Assembly (NCBI GenBank): GCA_013239625.1
Contig: MU053823.1
Coordinates: 751,565 to 815,564, forward strand
Length of the DNA stretch: 64,000 nucleotides
Source of the DNA: Lama guanicoe
Lineage: Eukaryota
Reading direction: 5' to 3'
This document shows, one piece after another, positions 60,677-64,000 of the stretch. The notes under the pieces are model-generated. The model saw nothing but the letters and a program-made list of their open reading frames with translations, searched no databases and was not told the origin of the DNA. Numbering within the stretch: the stretch's first letter is position 1; each line of letters opens with the position of its first letter. The translations under genes were made by a program, and so were the position numbers.

Positions 60677-62389
60677 TCATCGCTGGAAAAGGAACGACTG
60701 CAGACAAGGCCACTCATATGACTCCTCTGAGATCGTCACTTGGGGTACCACGTTCTGACTTTGGACTCCTAAGGGCAAACGAGGGTCTCAGATTGTAGAA
60801 ATTTTTACAGCCTGCATTTGCCTCACTCTAGAGCAGTGGCAGAGGTGAAGCAGAGCATGCGCTAGGGAAGTGAAGACATCTGTACAGATGACTGAGCGTT
60901 ACAGTGACTTCACGTGAAATTTGGGGCAATTCACTTAGCTTTTTCAACTAATAAAAGTATTATATAGTCTTATGTATATAGTGGCAGTGTTGGGCTAGAC
61001 ATTTCTGGTTGTCTACAATTAAACCATGATCTACTTTATTTTCCCTCAGAGCAACTCAGTAACCTTTTATAGACCAGGCTCTTCAGTTTTGTGTGAGGGA
61101 ACCCTGGTCAGAGTACCGTGTAACGTTCATACTGAGGGAGTGATGTGATGCACTCAGAGAACCCAAGAATCCAGCGTGTCCCCTCCCTGTGATGTCACAA
61201 GGTTGCCACAGAACAACACAAAAAAGGGCTGCCCTTGCCTGGAGAGGCAAGTCACCTCACAGACACAATCCGTAGGAATTATGGTCAACAGGTGGTCAGA
61301 ATGTTCCCTAAAAAAAAAGGACTTTCAGTCTCCCCAGGCTGTTTGTACAATGGTCTCATCACTTAGCCCTATCACAGAGGCAACCTTACAGCAAGTGCCT
61401 GGAGAAGGGGCACTTTGTGTTTCATTGTCTGGCATTAAAAAAAAAAAAAGGTAGCTTAGTCACTGAGTCACTTGAGAGGGAGCCTCGATAAAGAGAGGAA
61501 CATCACAAGCACAGATGAGAAGAGAGAATCTTGTCCACCTACACGTAGCCCTAGACAGCACACTGGTGCTCATTATGAAGTTAGTGAGGAGTTAATGAGA
61601 GCCAAACTGATGCTTAAAAAATGTTTTCCCTGAAGGGAAGACTCAGAGGTCTTAGGCTAAAGGAACATGAGGGGGCTGTCTGAGAACAGATTTGACTTTG
61701 GGGTTCTCATGGGAGTAACTAGAGGTACTGGCTTATGGCCACATGAACCCAAAGGTGAAGGGCAAAGAATACTCACCTGGCCTTCCTAGATGACCCATCT
61801 TTATGTCACTGTTTTCTTTATCCTTGCGGACAGCATTATGCAGAGGGTACCAGCATCTGAGCAAGACTAAGGCAAAACACCCTGGGTCAGAGCCCATCAT
61901 CTGGAAACTCCTTCATTCCCGCAGGCTCCCCAAGATCCCTTATGCCCTGATGCCTCAGCATGATGTAAGCTCCGGCAGGGCCCCAGACACTTCCTCGCAC
62001 TCCACGGATATACCAGGAATGGACTTCCTAGCCCAGTCCTGACCTGTGCTCCCCAGGTACTTCTGTCATGTCTAAGATTATGATTTTTAAGACTTTTAGT
62101 CTTGGGTCATTGAGATCTTGGAGATCAGAGAAGAGTAGACATTTTTCTTCATGTTCCCCGCATTATGATGTATACTTTCTCCTCCCGCCATACACACATT
62201 CCCTCATTATAGTTCACCCGCACCCCAAAGCCCACCATGGAACTTACATTTCTTTATATGTTGGTCTGTGTCAGATAGAAAGGGCGAAAACATGACAAAG
62301 AGAAAAAATACAAAGAACATAGCATACAGGACATAGAGCCAAGGAACAACGTTTGGGAACAGACCGGCCCCCAGGTCAACTTCCGCCAT
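60677..62389 (-). CDS. Predicted 3-exon gene for a ~107-aa single-pass membrane protein (exons 62389-62248, 61866-61777, 60768-60677)
   Basis: Donors GTAAGT and GTGAGT, acceptors tgttttgccttag and cgtttgcccttag, all phase 1, 324 nt open: MAEVDLGAGLFPNVVPWLYVLYAMFFVFFLFVMFSPFLSDTDQHIKKFLLRCWYPLHNAVRKDKENSDIKMGHLGRPGVQSQNVVPQVTISEESYEWPCLQSFLFQR. Exon 3 is less certain than exons 1-2. Confidence 0.6.
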
Positions 62390-62451
62390 CGAGATCTGAG
62401 GACACGGAATTCTCTGCCCCAGCTCGCTCACCTTCTAGGTGACCAGGGCGA

Positions 62452-62509
62452 TGAAGTCACAGCTTCAGGCACAATGGGAGTGATGAAGCTCTGGATGGGG
62501 ATTGGCCAA
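62452..62509 (-). promoter_or_regulatory. Candidate promoter module: CRE-like TGACTTCA, SOX ACAATGG, Y-box-like GATTGGCCAA
   Basis: tgaagtca 62452-62459, acaatgg 62471-62477, gattggccaa 62500-62509; CRE-like and SOX motifs are retained in copy 1 (56739-56746, 56751-56758). Confidence 0.5.
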
Positions 62510-64000
62510 GGCTCGTTCTATAAATGCTGGATGGAAACAGGTACTCTCAGGGAGCTTCACCTCTGCCACAGCTCCATTGAGCCCAGACACTAGATGATCA
62601 GGTCAGACTGGCAACGGGGTGGATTTTACTACATGTATTCAGAGTGTGTATCTCACTGCATTGGAACCATATTCATTCACATAATGAAGAAACTATTTCT
62701 CTAGACTTCACAGCCCTGCAGCCAGCCGTTTTCAACAGAATGCTGTCTAAGTTGAAGGACCCAAAACAAAGGACAGATTTTCTTTGCCACAGGGAATACT
62801 CTGTCCCAGCACCGCTCCCCAGTGCACATAATGATCTCAATTTCTGGTCTGAGCTCAGCCTTCTAGGAGGTGACCGACCAGTGCAGACCCATTGACAAAA
62901 TGCTAATGTAGTTCCGTGGTCTTTGTCAGCTTCCAAAACATTTTACATACTATCTTTATGATCCTTTGCACTTCATCTCTATCTGCCATGAGTGTGTGTT
63001 TCCTCTCAAGGTGCACAAACCCCCTACTCCTCACTCAAAACCGCAGAGCAATCACTGACACCACGACCCTGCCTAAGAGAAAAAATGTGTCCAGTGCTCG
63101 GCTGGACAAGAAATATGAGGTTTAAATATTGCTCTGTGGGAGCGTCTCATCCAATTGCGGAAATTAAATTCCAGACAGAAAAGGCCAGGGTCACTGTGGA
63201 TTGTGAAAATCAGGGGGTTCTTATGGAACGTTAGAGAGGAAAAATTATAAGCGAATGGAGCTGAAATAAAATTATCTACTGAGGTCAAGATGACTTCCTG
63301 ATTCTGAGGGATGTAAACAGGAAACCCAGATGTCTAAGTGCCTTTATTAGCTTCATTTTTGATCGAGTCTCAGATATTAAACTTTTTCAACCTATTTTTT
63401 TAAACTTGCCAAGATAAGAATTAATGTTTAAAAGCTGAAACAAACAAACAAAAATGTTCATGCTATTTCACTTTTATCATTGCTAATAACCACACCAGAA
63501 TAAAATCATGACTGTTGTTTTGTTTTGTTTGTGTTGTTTTGTTTTGTGTTGATATCTTCACACAGAAAGGTTCACGTTTTAGGCCAAAACAATACTCATT
63601 AACTCAGGCACACCTTTCTCCTCCCAATAAAGCTTTTTCCTCCTTATGTAGAAATCCGTTCAATTTTATATTCTTTTTTTCATATAAAGTCTGTTTATAA
63701 CCCCTTGTATAGGAAAAAATAAGGAAAATATAATTAAAATAATCATGAGTGGGGAGGTTTTAAAACATATAGTATTTACCTTTATTTTTTTTTTAACAAA
63801 CAGAGGGTTTTAAATCTGATGGTTCATTAAATGATTCAAAATTAATGTAAGTAAATAAAGGAGAAAAACTGGGGGACAAAGATGTTGAAGTAGTATAAGA
63901 AAACAGTATGGCACTAAAAAATGGTTCATTGGAGTCTCTTTAAATTTTACTTTCTTTAGATTTTCCCCAGATTTGTTGAGATATGATTGACATATAGCAT

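Larger units (their letters stand above)
60404..62720. repeat. Tandem duplication unit 2
   Basis: Homologous to 55185-57000, with about 0.5 kb of extra sequence around 61000-61490. Confidence 0.9.

Overview
Mammalian genomic DNA, most likely a camelid (three tRNA-Ala-derived SINEs resemble the camelid vic-1 family). The centre holds a complete, intact + strand CD163 gene (ATG 25400; 9 SRCR exons, 2 PST linkers, TM exon, alternative cytoplasmic tails; about 1114 aa short-tail form; 3'UTR exon to about 49960). About 22 kb upstream on the - strand is an intact single-coding-exon 244-aa four-TM ORF (3072-2338) with connexin-type 3+3 extracellular cysteines, its own splice acceptor and a polyA signal. 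It matches no standard connexin I recognise and carries an N-glycosylation sequon in loop 1. Downstream, a tandem duplication (about 55.2-57 kb and 60.4-62.7 kb) carries a - strand three-exon gene for a ~107-aa single-pass membrane protein with a spermatid-like promoter; one copy looks intact, the other pseudogenised. The rest is L1/L2/MIR/SINE debris, a 1.1-kb dispersed direct repeat, a T62 tract in the CD163 leader and one assembly gap. Coordinates were read by eye, repeat boundaries are approximate, and cross-species comparisons are from memory.
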